DNA of 64,000 nt from an uncultured Thermogutta sp. Lineage in GTDB: Bacteria > Planctomycetota > Planctomycetia > Pirellulales > Thermoguttaceae. Both the position numbers and the translations under genes were made by a program. How positions within the stretch are numbered: the stretch's first letter is position 1; each line of letters starts with the position of its first letter. The DNA is taken from NCBI GenBank assembly GCA_937128505.1, contig CAKZMM010000021.1, positions 2,648-66,647 of the forward strand, given 5' to 3'. Positions 30,767 through 42,975 of this stretch are shown here, piece by piece. The notes under the pieces are model-generated. The model saw nothing but the letters and a program-made list of their open reading frames with translations, ran no database searches and was not told the DNA's origin.

Positions 30767-33700
30767 GTGAGCTTTGGCGACGGTCCTTACGATCGAGTCA
30801 ATGACTATGTGGCGGTGAAGATCAGTCTGGCTCGCCCCCACGATATCCGCAGTTGGTCGTTCGGGGAGGTCAAGAAGCCGGAGACGATCAACTATCGTAC
30901 GTTTCGGCCGGAACGCGACGGGCTTTTCTGCGAGCGAATCTTCGGCCCTGAAAAAGACTATGAATGCTCCTGCGGAAAATACCGCGGCATGAAATACAAG
31001 GGGATGATCTGCGACCGTTGCGGGGTCAAGATCACTCATAGCCGTGTGCGACGGACGCGGATGGGCCACATCGAGCTGGCGGCACCGGTGGTGCACATCT
31101 GGTTTTTCAAAGCGGTGCCGAGCCGCTTGGCTTCCTTGCTCGAGATGAAGACCGCCCACCTGGAAAAGGTGATCTATTACCAGGACTACGTGGTCCTCGA
31201 TCCTGGGGAAACACCGCTCAAAAAGCAACAGTTGCTTGCGGAACAAGAGTATCGCGAAGCGCGGCGCGAATATGGCGAAGGTGCCTTCAAGGCCGACATG
31301 GGGGCGGAGGCGATCCGCAAGCTTCTGGTCGAGTTGGACCTGGTGAAACTCTCGGAGGAGTTGCGGGCCGAATTGGCCTCGACCCATTCCCATCAGCGGC
31401 GAAAGGAGCTGATCGAGCGATTGAAGCTCGTGGAAGGAATCCGCGATAGCGACAACCGCCCGGAATGGATGGTGCTGGATGTAATCCCTGTGATTCCGCC
31501 GGATTTGCGGCCGTTGGTCCAGCTGGATTCCGGCAATTTCGCCACGAGTGACCTGAACGACTTATATCGGCGGATCATCAATCGCAACAACCGCTTGAAG
31601 AAGCTGGTGGACCTGAATGCCCCCGAGGTGATTATCCGCAACGAAAAGCGGATGCTTCAGCAGTCTGTGGATGCGCTTTTCGACAATGGTCGATGCAGAC
31701 GGCCCGTTCTCGGTTCCGCGAATCGGCCGCTCAAATCGCTTACCGACATGATCAAGGGTAAGCAGGGGCGTTTCCGGGAGAACTTGCTGGGCAAACGGGT
31801 GGATTATTCGGCGCGAAGCGTGATTGTGGTTGGCCCGACCATCAAGTTGCATCAATGCGGGTTGCCCAAGCGAATCGCTTTGGAGCTTTATCAGCCGTTC
31901 ATCATCCGCCGATTGCGAGAGCTGGCCCACGCCGACACGATCAAGAGTGCCAAGAAGATGCTCGAGCGTCGGGACGAGGAAGTGTGGGATGTCCTGGAAG
32001 AGGTGACGCGGAATCACCCGGTGCTTCTGAACCGTGCGCCCACTTTGCACCGCATGGGAATCCAAGCCTTTGAGCCGGTGTTGGTGGAAGGCAACGCCAT
32101 CAAGCTGCACCCGCTGGTGTGTAAGGGTTTCAATGCGGACTTCGACGGCGACCAAATGGCGGTGCATCTTCCGCTTTCCATCGAAGCTCAGGTGGAAGCG
32201 CACACCTTGCTCATGTCGATTCATAACATTTTCAGCCCCGCCAATGGCTCGCCGATCATCAGCCCATCGCAGGACATCGTCATGGGCTGCTATTACCTGA
32301 CGATGGATGTGCCGACGGCCAAAGGCGACGGAATGTGCTTTAGCTCCTTTGATGAGGTGGAGCTTGCTCATTCGCTCGGGAAAGTCGGAACGCACGCGAA
32401 GATTCAGGTGCGATTACCGAAGGGCCGCTTTGTGAAGAATCAGCCGGATATCGCACCGGGGAGCCTCATTCACACCACGGTGGGTCGGGTCATTTTCAAT
32501 CGCATGTTGCCGCAGGGAATGCCTTACTACAACATGCCCCTGAAATCGGGCGATTTGGCCACGGTGATTTCCGATTGTTATGAACTGCTCGGGCGGCGTG
32601 CCACTATCCACCTTTTAGACGACATGAATCGCCTGGGCTTCCGTTGGAGCACGCGCAGTGGGCTGAGCTTTGCCACCGATGACCTCATCACCCCGCGGAA
32701 TAAGGCGAAGATTATCGAGCAGGCAGAGCGCGAAGTGGCCAGCACAAACAATCAGTATCGGAAGGGAATCATCACCGAAGGAGAGCGCTACAACAAGGTG
32801 CTCGAAGACTGGACTCATGCCCGCGAGAAAATCACCAGCGAAATGATGGCTGCGCTGGAAAACGACTTCCGGCGTCCGGGTTATGTCAACCCCATCTTCT
32901 TGATGGCACACTCGGGGGCACGCGGTGGTGTGGAGCAAATCCGCCAGCTTGCAGGAATGCGGGGTCTGATGGCGAAGCCCTCGGGGCGGATCATCGAAAC
33001 ACCCATCAAGGCGAACTTCCGCGAAGGGTTGAATGTGCTGGAATATTTCAGCTCCACGCACGGGGCCCGTAAGGGTCTTGCCGATACCGCTTTGAAGACC
33101 TCCGATTCGGGATACCTCACGCGAAAGTTGGCCGATGTGGCGCAAAATGTCGTGGTGACGATGCATGATTGCGGAACCACCCAGGGGATCACCAAAAGCG
33201 CGATCTACAGGGGCGAAAAGAAGGAGGTTCCCCTGGCCGACTCGATCCGCGGTCGGGTGAGCCGGGTCAATGTGGTCCATCCGGTTACCGATGAGGTCTT
33301 GGTCCGCGAGAACGAGCTGATTACGGCGGAAATCGCTCGGAAAATCGAAGAGTTGGGGCTCGAGAAACTTCAGGTCCGTAGCCCCATGACTTGCGAAGCC
33401 CCGCTCGGTGTCTGTGCCCTGTGTTATGGGATGGATCTTTCCACCGGCCGCTTGGTCGAGGAAGGCTTAGCGGTGGGGATCATTGCCGCCGAGAGCATTG
33501 GGGAACCGGGTACCCAATTGACTATGCGTACCTTCCATATCGGTGGTGCCGCGGCGTATTCGGTGGAAGAGAATAAGGTGATCACCAAGCGGGGGGGCAT
33601 CGTCAAGTTTTCGCGTAATTTGAAAGTCGTCCGCACTGCCCCCAATCGGCAGGTTGTGCTCAATCCCAATGGGGCCATTCTGATTCTCGATAGCCGCGGT

Positions 33701-35113
33701 CGCGAATTGGAAAAGCACGAAGTTCCGGTGGGGACCATCATCGAGGTTGAAGAAAATCAGGAAGTCCCCCCCAACACCAAGCTTTGTTCCTGGGATTCGC
33801 ACAGCACCCCTATTCTGGCACAAGTCGGTGGTCGCGTTCGTTTCGAGGACGTTGTCGAAGGGGAAACCCTCAGAACTGAGAAGGATAGTTCTGGTGCGTC
33901 CCGCCGCGTGATCATAGAGCACAGGGGCGAGCGGCAACCTCAAATCGTCATCGAAGATGCCAGCGGCAAGATCCTCGATTACTGCTATCTGCGTGAAAAA
34001 GCCCACATTGAAGTGGAGGAGGGTCAGGAGGTTGTTGCCGGCACCGTGCTAGCGAAAACGCCGCGGGAGATCACGGGAACCCAGGATATCACGGGCGGTT
34101 TGCCTCGGGTAACCGAGATCTTTGAAGCTCGCGAGCTGAAGGATCCGGCGGTCATTGCCGAGATCGATGGTCGCGTCGAGATTCTGGGGGAAAAACGCCG
34201 CAATAAGCGGGTCATCGTCGTTCGCAGCGACACCGGGGTGGAGCGGGAACACCTGGTCTCCCCGGGCAAACACTTGCTGGTCCACACCGGCGACGAGGTT
34301 AAAGCAGGTCAGCCCCTGGTCGATGGTCCGCTCAATCCGAAGGATATTCTGCGGATCTCTGGGGAGGAGGCCTGCCAGCAATACCTGCTGCGCGAAATCC
34401 AAAATGTCTACCGCAGTCAGCGAGTAGATATTAACGACAAACATATTGAAATCATCATCGCCCAGATGTTGCGGAAGGTCAAAGTGCAAGGCGGCGGCGA
34501 TACAGGCTTGCTCGAAGGGACGGTGATGGATAAGTTCGAATTCCGTGCCCGAAATGCGGAGCTCATGAAGTGCGTTAAGATCACCGACCCGGGAGACACC
34601 AAGTTTCGGGAAGGCGAAATCGTCCCGCGGCAGGTGTTCGACGAACAGAATACGCAGGTGGAACTGACCGGTGGTCGGCCAGCAAAGTGCACCAAGCCGA
34701 CTCCTGCCACAGCAACGACCCAACTGATGGGAATTTCCAAAGCGGCCGTCCAGAGTGATAGCTTCATTTCGGCGGCAAGCTTCCAAGAAACCACAAAGGT
34801 TTTGACCGAAGCGGCTTTATACGGCAAGGTGGACCGGTTGGTCGGGCTGAAAGAGAACGTGATCTTAGGGCGGCTGATTCCTGCGGGCACAGGCTTCCGA
34901 AAGTACCAACAGGCGGAAGTCCGCGTGCGGCCGGAAGCCCTTACGCCAAGGGTGGAGGAGCGAATCTTGCAGCCGGAGCCGGAGTTCCCCTTGTTGAAAG
35001 CCGACATTCCAACTCGGTCTGATGTCTCGGGCTCACCCGAAGCGGCATCGGCCACCGCGATCTGGGGCGAGCCGGCGGATACATCATCCAAGCCTGAAAG
35101 TGGCGCCTCTTAG
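30767..35113 (+). CDS. rpoC: DNA-directed RNA polymerase subunit beta prime
   Basis: Canonical RpoC blocks ([19 protein letters not shown], zinc motif CSCGKY...[18 protein letters not shown]). I prefer the GTG at 30767, 10 nt after GAAGGAG (30750-30756). The track start is a TTG at 30740. Confidence 0.98.
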   Translation: MSFGDGPYDRVNDYVAVKISLARPHDIRSWSFGEVKKPETINYRTFRPERDGLFCERIFGPEKDYECSCGKYRGMKYKGMICDRCGVKITHSRVRRTRMGHIELAAPVVHIWFFKAVPSRLASLLEMKTAHLEKVIYYQDYVVLDPGETPLKKQQLLAEQEYREARREYGEGAFKADMGAEAIRKLLVELDLVKLSEELRAELASTHSHQRRKELIERLKLVEGIRDSDNRPEWMVLDVIPVIPPDLRPLVQLDSGNFATSDLNDLYRRIINRNNRLKKLVDLNAPEVIIRNEKRMLQQSVDALFDNGRCRRPVLGSANRPLKSLTDMIKGKQGRFRENLLGKRVDYSARSVIVVGPTIKLHQCGLPKRIALELYQPFIIRRLRELAHADTIKSAKKMLERRDEEVWDVLEEVTRNHPVLLNRAPTLHRMGIQAFEPVLVEGNAIKLHPLVCKGFNADFDGDQMAVHLPLSIEAQVEAHTLLMSIHNIFSPANGSPIISPSQDIVMGCYYLTMDVPTAKGDGMCFSSFDEVELAHSLGKVGTHAKIQVRLPKGRFVKNQPDIAPGSLIHTTVGRVIFNRMLPQGMPYYNMPLKSGDLATVISDCYELLGRRATIHLLDDMNRLGFRWSTRSGLSFATDDLITPRNKAKIIEQAEREVASTNNQYRKGIITEGERYNKVLEDWTHAREKITSEMMAALENDFRRPGYVNPIFLMAHSGARGGVEQIRQLAGMRGLMAKPSGRIIETPIKANFREGLNVLEYFSSTHGARKGLADTALKTSDSGYLTRKLADVAQNVVVTMHDCGTTQGITKSAIYRGEKKEVPLADSIRGRVSRVNVVHPVTDEVLVRENELITAEIARKIEELGLEKLQVRSPMTCEAPLGVCALCYGMDLSTGRLVEEGLAVGIIAAESIGEPGTQLTMRTFHIGGAAAYSVEENKVITKRGGIVKFSRNLKVVRTAPNRQVVLNPNGAILILDSRGRELEKHEVPVGTIIEVEENQEVPPNTKLCSWDSHSTPILAQVGGRVRFEDVVEGETLRTEKDSSGASRRVIIEHRGERQPQIVIEDASGKILDYCYLREKAHIEVEEGQEVVAGTVLAKTPREITGTQDITGGLPRVTEIFEARELKDPAVIAEIDGRVEILGEKRRNKRVIVVRSDTGVEREHLVSPGKHLLVHTGDEVKAGQPLVDGPLNPKDILRISGEEACQQYLLREIQNVYRSQRVDINDKHIEIIIAQMLRKVKVQGGGDTGLLEGTVMDKFEFRARNAELMKCVKITDPGDTKFREGEIVPRQVFDEQNTQVELTGGRPAKCTKPTPATATTQLMGISKAAVQSDSFISAASFQETTKVLTEAALYGKVDRLVGLKENVILGRLIPAGTGFRKYQQAEVRVRPEALTPRVEERILQPEPEFPLLKADIPTRSDVSGSPEAASATAIWGEPADTSSKPESGAS

Positions 35114-36078
35114 TGCTTCTGGAGGTTTGTGGGGAAGTTTCGCTTCGCTCAACCGCATGACATAAACAAGATCACATACAAGCAAGATCCCATGAACATT
35201 TAGATAGGCAAGATCACCGGGAGGAGCTCCCCGGGCAATCCCCGCCGGGTCCATGCCAAAATTGGTATGGACTTCGGGGGTCGGTATTTTGCCGAATAGT
35301 GATCGAAAGCTCTCCGGCTCATTGGTCTGCTGATGTGCCGGAAACCGGTGCGGGTTTAAGGGTGGATCCGAAAATGTTGAGTCCACCTAGTGGCGACGGA
35401 GTCACCGAGTTACAAAAAGGATTTGATTCCCGCGTTTGACTCGTTGACTATCCAGGCGTTATGGGTACCATCGAGTTTTTACGGCTGTCAGCGCTCGGTT
35501 GTGCATTGACTATTGAATTGCTCACTTTGATTCATTAAGAGTCGGTGTGTCGGGGTGCCGATGGTGCCGGTGCACTGCGGAAAGTGGATAGTAAGTGAGT
35601 TTCCCGAGTACGGCATTGTGCGCAAAAAGACACCGATTTTTGGATAATTTTTAGTCCCTAACCGATTACGGCACGAAGCGACGTTTTTTAGAAGTGTGGA
35701 TATTGTGTCTAAGGATACTAAGGATAGTTATTGTCGATTATCCAAAGAGCGAATAGTCAGATTTAAGAAGCTCGTATTTCTAGAGAATTTGGGGTATTTT
35801 TAGAGAATTTAGGCAATTTTTTTGGTTCAGCTTAGGGGTATTTTTCAGGGAACGTTTTCCAGCGAAATTTAGATTTCCGCGTTAAGATTTCAGCGTTAAG
35901 GTCTAAAGTTGCAGTTCATAAACGGCAAGATATCCCAGAGCTTGAGGATATGTTCAGTTGACAACCCTGGTTTACACGATTCGGCCGAGGGGAACCTGTC
36001 GGGGAACAAGTGACAACGTAAAACGTAAGGAAAGATTTCGTATAAACTAATACCGATCGCGATTTTAAAGGTTGAAAT

Positions 36079-36453
36079 ATGCCTACATTTAACCAATTGG
36101 TGCGAAAACCGCGGAAAGCTCAGCGTCGCAAAAGCAAGGCTCCGTACCTTGACGCCTGCCCGCAAAAGCGTGGGGTCTGTCTTCAAGTTAAGACGATGAC
36201 CCCGAAGAAGCCGAACTCCGCGCTGCGTAAGATTGCCCGGGTGCGGTTATCCAATGGGCGTGAAGCGACGGTTTACATTCCCGGTGAGGGGCACAATTTA
36301 CAGGAGCACTCGATCGTCCTTGTCCGGGGGGGCCGTGTCCGCGACTTGCCGGGGGTGCGATATCAGGTGATCCGTGGGACTTTGGACGCTTTGGGCGTGC
36401 AAAACCGCAAGCAGTCCCGGAGCCGTTATGGCGCCAAGAAAAGCGGTAAGTAA
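36079..36453 (+). CDS. rpsL: 30S ribosomal protein S12
   Basis: [13 protein letters not shown]...[10 protein letters not shown]...; full-length S12. Confidence 0.99.
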   Translation: MPTFNQLVRKPRKAQRRKSKAPYLDACPQKRGVCLQVKTMTPKKPNSALRKIARVRLSNGREATVYIPGEGHNLQEHSIVLVRGGRVRDLPGVRYQVIRGTLDALGVQNRKQSRSRYGAKKSGK

Positions 36454-36816
36454 GAAAAATTGATCGGTTTTGCGGTTAAGCGGCGGCTTGTTCCATCCAA
36501 TGGGCTCATTTGGGAAAATTCTTTGGAGGAGCGGAAAAGCGTAAAATCCTGAAAGCGTAAAATTCTGATTAGAATTTGACCGAGCAAGCAGCCTCATTTC
36601 TCCGTGTAAAGAGCAACGGCTTGGAAATGGGATAGCCCAATTAAACCTTTTACCAAAAATTTGTTGTAAAAAAAGAAACATGTCCTTGGTTTAAGTTCGT
36701 GCTAAAAGATTTTAACCGACGGCAATGAATTTGTGATAATAATCATAATCATTAGTGTGTTTTTTAGATTTTGCAAGGGCGGTAACCTCTAGGAGTTTTG
36801 ACGGGACAAAGCCGCG

Positions 36817-37287
36817 ATGGGTAGGAAAACAGCTAGCGAAGAACAATTGAAGGGCGATCCAGTTTTTGGTTCGCTGCTCGTGAGCAGATTTATCAATTCC
36901 ATGATGTGGAACGGTAAAAAGACCGTTGCCCAAAAGATTTTCTACCAAGCCCTTGAGGAAATAAAAAAGAAAATGCCGCAAATGGACCCGCTTGATGTTT
37001 TTGTTCAAGCGGTGGAGAACGTCAAACCGAACGTAGAAGTTCGCTCGCGGCGGGTGGGTGGGGCATCCTACCAGGTCCCCATGCAGGTAAACAAGAAACG
37101 GCAACAATCATTAGCTGTTAGGTGGATTATTCAAGCGTGCCGCGAGAAAAAGGGGCGACCAATGTATCAAAAATTGGCCGCGGAATTGTTAGCTGCTTAT
37201 AACCGCGAAGGTGCGGCGATCACACGGCGTGAAAACGTTCATCGTATGGCCGAGGCTAATAAAGCTTTCGCTCATTACGCTTGGTAG
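36817..37287 (+). CDS. rpsG: 30S ribosomal protein S7
   Basis: 156 aa with the S7 pattern (VEVRSRRVGGASYQVP, ...AFAHYAW end). Confidence 0.98.
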   Translation: MGRKTASEEQLKGDPVFGSLLVSRFINSMMWNGKKTVAQKIFYQALEEIKKKMPQMDPLDVFVQAVENVKPNVEVRSRRVGGASYQVPMQVNKKRQQSLAVRWIIQACREKKGRPMYQKLAAELLAAYNREGAAITRRENVHRMAEANKAFAHYAW

Positions 37288-37552
37288 TGGATAAAAACCG
37301 TCGAGAAGGCCGCGCTTTTTGGAGAGATCCTCAAGTTGAAGGCGCGGCTTTGTTTTGCGCGGGCGGAACCGAGGAAGTTTTTGAGAATTCCGCTGTCGAA
37401 ATTCTACCCAGTCGGACGGAGTCTTCAGAAAAGGTGGCTTTCGGTTCACAGTATGATTTGAGCACCTGTTTGTGGCGATAATTTCATCGGCTTCCCCGTT
37501 GGATGACTTCATTACTCTTTAGTGAGTAACCTACATTTTTAGCGTCAGCTCC

Positions 37553-39625
37553 ATGACAAGTTACGACATAAACCAGCTGAGGAATATCGGGATCATTGCT
37601 CATATTGACGCCGGCAAAACCACGCTGACCGAGCGAATGCTTTTTTACGCGCATTTCGTTCACCGCGTTGGGTCGGTGGACGAGGGAACCACGGTCACCG
37701 ATTATGACCCGGAGGAGCAGGAACGTGGCATAACCATCAATGCGGCGTGCGTGACTTTTTCCTGGAAGGATGTCACGATCAACCTGATCGACACGCCGGG
37801 GCATGTGGACTTTACGGCCGAGGTGGAGCGCTCGCTGCGCGTGCTGGACGGGGCGATTGTTGTCTTCAGTGCTCGGGAGGGTGTGGAAGCCCAAAGCGAA
37901 ACGGTTTGGCATCAAGCGGATCGCTATCGCGTTCCCCGACTGGCGTTCATCAACAAGATGGATCGCGAAGGGGCCGACTTTGATCGTACCATGGACGAAA
38001 TCCGCCAGCGGCTCAATGCGAATCCTTTGGCGGTCACCATCCCCGTGGGTCAGGGCCCGCCGCACCTGCGAGACCCCTTCCGCGGGGTCATTGACCTATT
38101 GAGCATGAAAATGCTCATTTTCACTAAGGAAAGCGATGGTTCGGAGATTCTGGTAGAACCGATCCCTGAATCGGAACTTGCTCGGGCCGAACGGTGGAGG
38201 ACACGGCTCCTTGACCAACTCTCTTTGCAGGACGATCAGCTCACGGAGAGACTACTTTCGGATGAGCCGGTCGACGAAGCGTTTCTTCGCCGCGCGATTC
38301 GCCAAGCGACTTTGGCGTATAAGATCGTTCCGGCTTTTTGCGGCTCGGCGTTACAGGGGATCGGCGTTCAGCCGGTGATGGATGGCGTGGCGGAGTACCT
38401 CCCCAGCCCATGTGATCTTCCTCCTGTTGAGGGAGAAGATCCTGAGCACCCCGGCCGAAAAGTGTTCCGGAAGGCCGATCCCAGTCAACCGTTCTGCGGC
38501 TTGGTGTTCAAAATCCAGGCGGACCGGCACGGCGACCTGCATTATGTCAGGGTGTACTCCGGGCAATTGAAATCCAATAGCAGGGTTCTGAACCCGGGGA
38601 AAGGCAAAAAGGAAAATGTTCCGCAATTGTGGCGAATTCAGGCCGATCACCGGGAACAAGTGCAAATGGCGCAGGCCGGGCAAATCGTCGGTCTAATCGG
38701 CCTCAAACACTCGGTCACGGGCGACACGCTTTGTCATCCTCAGCATCCGATCCTCTTGGAGCCCATTACGTTCCCGGAGACTGTGATCTCCATGGCTATC
38801 GAGCCGGAAAGCTCCGCCGAACGCAAAAAGCTGAGCGATGTGCTGGAGATGATGAAGCGGCAAGACCCGACGTTCCGGGCGCAAGAGAACGAGGAAACCG
38901 GCCAAACCATCATCAGCGGGATGGGGGAATTGCACCTTGAGGTGATCAAGCACCGGTTGGTCCGGGACTTCAAACTCAATGTGCGGGTTCATCCGCCCCG
39001 GGTCAATTACCGGGAGACGGTGGCCCGGACGGCCGAAGCGATCGGCGTATGCCACCGCAATGTAGGCGGCCAAAACCTGTTTGCGGAACTTCATGTTCGG
39101 ATTGAGCGATGGCAGAAAGATCGGCCTGTATTGGTCACGGCGGAGTGTGGCGATCAACTCCCGCCCCATTTGGTTCAGGCCGCCGTTCAGGTGCTGCAAG
39201 AAAAGGCGCAAGGCAGCGGCCTTCTCGGCTTTCCTTTGATGCAGGTAAAGCTGACGATCCTGGGTGGAAGAACGCATGAAACCGAGTCGAACGAATTAGC
39301 CTTTCAAATCGCAGCGGCCGATGCCTTCGAGAAGGCCCTCCGCGAAGCGGGCGTGGAGCTACTGGAGCCGCTGATGCGGGTCGAGATCGTGACTCCCGAA
39401 GATTATCTCGGCGAATTTGTGGCGGACATTCAAAAGCGAAGGGGAAGTATCGAGCGGACTTTCCAACGCGGGACGATGACGGTCATCGAGGCCCTCGTGC
39501 CGTTGGCAAGTTTGTTCGGCTATTCCAACGCTATGCGGAGCCTCAGCCAAGGGAGAGCGAGCTGCACGATGGAACCGCACTCCTTCGCCATCGCTCCACC
39601 GGAAGTGGTCGAGGCTTTTACGTAG
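37553..39625 (+). CDS. fusA: elongation factor G (divergent, EF-G2/spd-like switch region)
   Basis: 690 aa with GTPase motifs [22 protein letters not shown] and NKMD, plus domains II-V. It occupies the str-operon position after rpsG. Confidence 0.93.
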   Translation: [690 protein letters not shown]

Positions 39626-40019
39626 TTTGCCGCAACCGTAGGGTGTGGCAATCGTTCTTCAAAAATCGATTTTCTAGGGTTCGGCCCCGCCGGCTAATTC
39701 CAGGGATTCACGTTTGGCAATTGCAGGAGGGTGAGCATTTGGCAGTTCGAGATGGGGGATCGCGTTTGGGGTTGCGACATGGTGTGGGTGATTGAGCCGG
39801 CGGCGGCTTCAACCTGATGAAGCTCAGTGTTCCTGGTGGGCGGTTTCGCGGAGTGTCCCCCAAACGGCGCGAGAACTCGCGGAGGGTGCGGTAAGCGAAA
39901 GTGACGGAATCGGCTTAACCACTGCAGTGACATAGTGTTTTTACACTATGGGATTGTCGGGCCAAGGGAATCGCGGCAGTTCTGGGGAGGGGTCTCGAAG
40001 TTCGCCGGCGGCGTCCTGA

Positions 40020-40170
40020 TTTCTGAAAGGAGAGTCCTCCGCGGCCAAGGAAAGACAAGAAAAGAAAGAAGATAGGAAGAACATAGAAAATAGAAAGAAG
40101 ACTCGTCGGCCACCACGAAAAGAAAAGAAAAGAAAGGACAACGGAAAGACTCGTCCGCTAGGCGTAAAGA
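40020..40170. repeat. purine-rich (AAAGAAAAG-type) runs alternating with AAGACTCGTCsGC x2
   Basis: Read directly. AGACTCGTCGGC starts at about 40099 and AGACTCGTCCGC at about 40147. The composition mirrors the 10391-10605 elements on the opposite strand. Confidence 0.6.
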
Positions 40171-40471
40171 AAAATCGATGCAGTGCCTTCTTAGAGGCGA
40201 TCTGCTCTTAGAGCCTGGACATGCGGCGGTATGCGGCGGAACTGCGCGATCCTAAGTTTTCTTATGGGTAGACCCACCGAGTCAAATAGCAAGAAATACA
40301 ATAGACATAATGATCTTTATTGGAGGCTAAGCTTGCGGTATCCCGAATCCGTCTTATGAACTCAATCAAGTGGAACCTTGATTCCGAGAAACTTAGAAAC
40401 CTTCTGCCGTTATAGACAAACGTCTTTACGGATTTGCCGCGGCGGATTTATGTTTTCGCGCCTCACGGCCG

Positions 40472-40500
40472 TTGACACTCGCCCGGGCAAGGTGTAAAAA
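40472..40500 (+). promoter_or_regulatory. possible promoter upstream of rpsJ
   Basis: TTGACA (40472-40477), a 17-nt spacer, then TAAAAA (40495-40500), about 90 nt upstream of the rpsJ GTG. Confidence 0.3.
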
Positions 40501-40586
40501 GGCGGGTTCTGGACCGAAGAATTTTAGAAGTTCTTTAATCCCGAGGCGTTTGCTGACTTGTAAGCTTACTAGCATTGGGGTGAATT

Positions 40587-40919
40587 GTGTCACATCGCAC
40601 TGACGAAGTCATACGGATCCGAATGGAGGCGTACGACCACGCCGTCTTGGATGCCTGCGCGAAACAGATTGTAGATACGGCACGACGCACCGGGGCGGTA
40701 GTTTTCGGCCCCATTCCGTTGCCGACCCGGATCGAGCGCTACACGGTGCTATCCAGTCCGAACATTGACAAGAAGGCTCGACAACAGTTCGAGATCCGCA
40801 CGCATAAACGATTAATCGATATCGCTCAGACCACTGCCAAGACAATCGACCAACTGAACGAGTTGAAGTTGCCGGCCGGCGTGGAGGTAAAAATTAAAGC
40901 CGTTTCAGGAAGGGCTTGA
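40587..40919 (+). CDS. rpsJ: 30S ribosomal protein S10
   Basis: [14 protein letters not shown]...[39 protein letters not shown]; GTG start. Confidence 0.97.
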   Translation: MSHRTDEVIRIRMEAYDHAVLDACAKQIVDTARRTGAVVFGPIPLPTRIERYTVLSSPNIDKKARQQFEIRTHKRLIDIAQTTAKTIDQLNELKLPAGVEVKIKAVSGRA

Positions 40920-41517
40920 AGACTTTGGCGGTTGCCGCCAAGATTAAGGATTTGTCTGCCTTTGCTCTAAGCGGGCCTGTTATTGCACCGTCGAAACGTG
41001 GAAAGTTTGATGGGCAAGTTTGAATTGGCGACGCATTCGGGCCTGGCGGAGAGCGTCCGAGTGTGAAGGTATTTAGGTATTAATTGTAGCTATGATGAGG
41101 ATGCGAATATATCGACCGAAATATCCAGCTATATCTATAATTTAGGAAGGATCGAAAGACGATAAACGGGAAAGTTTGGTTAGTGAAAAAGGGAAGGATA
41201 GGCAGTCTGGGATGGCTGTCGGCAGTGTAGACTGCTGACAAAAGAGAATCTATGAGTGGTTTTGGCCGACGGGGCTCCTTGTAAGAAGTTAACCCCTTAA
41301 TAAAACAACACGAGACCCGGGGAATCAAAAAAAGTGAGTCATAGATAACTTACGGCTGGAGTTTCGGGTTTCGGGCCCAACATAAGGCTTTCAAATTTCG
41401 CAAGGTTCAAAGGGACAATCAAAAGCATCGGGGGGCTTAATGAATCGGGGATTTGATGAGTAACGATGGAAACGTCTCAGGCGGAGGCGGTTGAAGATCG
41501 GCAGTTGCAAAGGTTGG

Positions 41518-41544
41518 TTGACACGGTCGTGGGACGGTTATGAT
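41518..41544 (+). promoter_or_regulatory. possible promoter upstream of rplC
   Basis: TTGACA (41518-41523), a 15-nt spacer, then TATGAT (41539-41544). The spacer is short, so this is a weak call. Confidence 0.2.
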
Positions 41545-41621
41545 TGGAGGCCGGGCGGGTAACGCTGGCCGCCGGCTAGTGGTCCCGTAGGCGAGCGAAA
41601 GTTGAAACGAGGGAAGTAGTC

Positions 41622-42401
41622 ATGATGGTGGGAATTCTCGGCCGCAAGGTCGGGATGACACAGGTATTTGACCAATCGGGAAAGAGCATCCCGGTTACGA
41701 TCATCCAAGCAGGTCCCTGCCACGTTCTTCAGGTAAAAACGGTGGAACGTGATGGGTACGAGGCTATTCAGTTAGGCTTCCTCGACAAACCTCGTCGTCT
41801 CGCCATTCGCGCAGAACGTGGCCATGTGGCCCGGTTGGATAGCAAGCGCCAACGGGCACTGGTGGCCGCGGGCATCACCCCGCCTCCAAAAGCCGACTGC
41901 GAACCGAAGCGGTTCATTCAGGAAATCCGCTTTTCCACTGCCGGGTACAATGTCGGTCAAGTGGTCACGGTTGGGGTCTTTAAGCAAGTCGGGGCGGTGG
42001 ATGTTATCGGCACGAGCAAAGGTCGTGGCACGGCCGGCGTTATGAAACGCCACAACTTCCGTGGACAGCGGGCAAGCCACGGCGTGAAAAAAGTGCATCG
42101 GCATCCGGGCTCAATCGGCTGCAATTCAGACCCCCACCATGTGTTCAAAGGCCGACGGATGGCAGGCCATTACGGTGCGGCACGATGCACCGTGCGGAAT
42201 CTTCGCGTCGTTCAAGTGGATGAGGTGAATAACCTCCTTTTGGTGTGCGGAGCTGTGCCGGGGCCGAACGGAGGTTTTGTGATTGTTCGGTCCACCAACA
42301 AACTGCCGGCCAAGCATCGAGAGCCGATTCTTCCCCCGATTATCCCCCAATCAACCGAGCTACGTGCGGAGGCGGAACCGGCGGCGGGTGAGATGAACTA
42401 A
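41622..42401 (+). CDS. rplC: 50S ribosomal protein L3 (with C-terminal tail)
   Basis: MMVGILGRKVGMTQVF..., GTSKGRGTAGVMKRHNF; 259 aa. Confidence 0.97.
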   Translation: MMVGILGRKVGMTQVFDQSGKSIPVTIIQAGPCHVLQVKTVERDGYEAIQLGFLDKPRRLAIRAERGHVARLDSKRQRALVAAGITPPPKADCEPKRFIQEIRFSTAGYNVGQVVTVGVFKQVGAVDVIGTSKGRGTAGVMKRHNFRGQRASHGVKKVHRHPGSIGCNSDPHHVFKGRRMAGHYGAARCTVRNLRVVQVDEVNNLLLVCGAVPGPNGGFVIVRSTNKLPAKHREPILPPIIPQSTELRAEAEPAAGEMN

Positions 42402-42975
42402 ATTGAGGGGCCAAGTCCGGCGGTTTACCGGCGCGCGTTGATTCCCTAACCAATGAGATTTTGGCCGGTCGTCTTTGGCCCGGAACTGGCTCAGCTTCCT
42501 GTCGGTCAATCGCAGGAACTGCTTCGTTGATTTGCGGAGATGCACGGAGTTTTCAATCACGAAGTTTTCAATACAACGGTCTCAGTACGCGTTTGATAGA
42601 CATTAGAGGAATCGGTATCAGGCGTCAAATAGTCTTCGGCAACGGTGAGCGTTTTCGGCAACGTTAAGCAAGCAGCGGTAAGCAATTAAACGAATTTTGT
42701 TCGGAAGCTAGAAGCTTTCCCTTTGGGTTAAGGTGAGCCGATTAACTACACGAATGGGCTACTTGACGGTCCGAAGCCGCGATATCGAAGGATTGACCGG
42801 TTAGAGTAGAGCTCGCCGTGACAACCTTTTCGGGATATTCCGTTTTCGGGATATCCCGGCTTGCAGGCGAGATTTCTCTCTGCTGCGATCGGGAGGGCAA
42901 ATACGGTAGCTTAAGGCGGAGGAATGTGTAGGCTGAGGCGAATCTAAGCAGCCGAATGCATGGGAACGAAATGCC

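Noticed and set aside
30647-34786. Several 220-280-aa minus-strand ORFs (30647-31393, 31562-32395, 32615-33280, 34049-34786)
   Set aside because: All are antisense to rpoC and are shadow ORFs.
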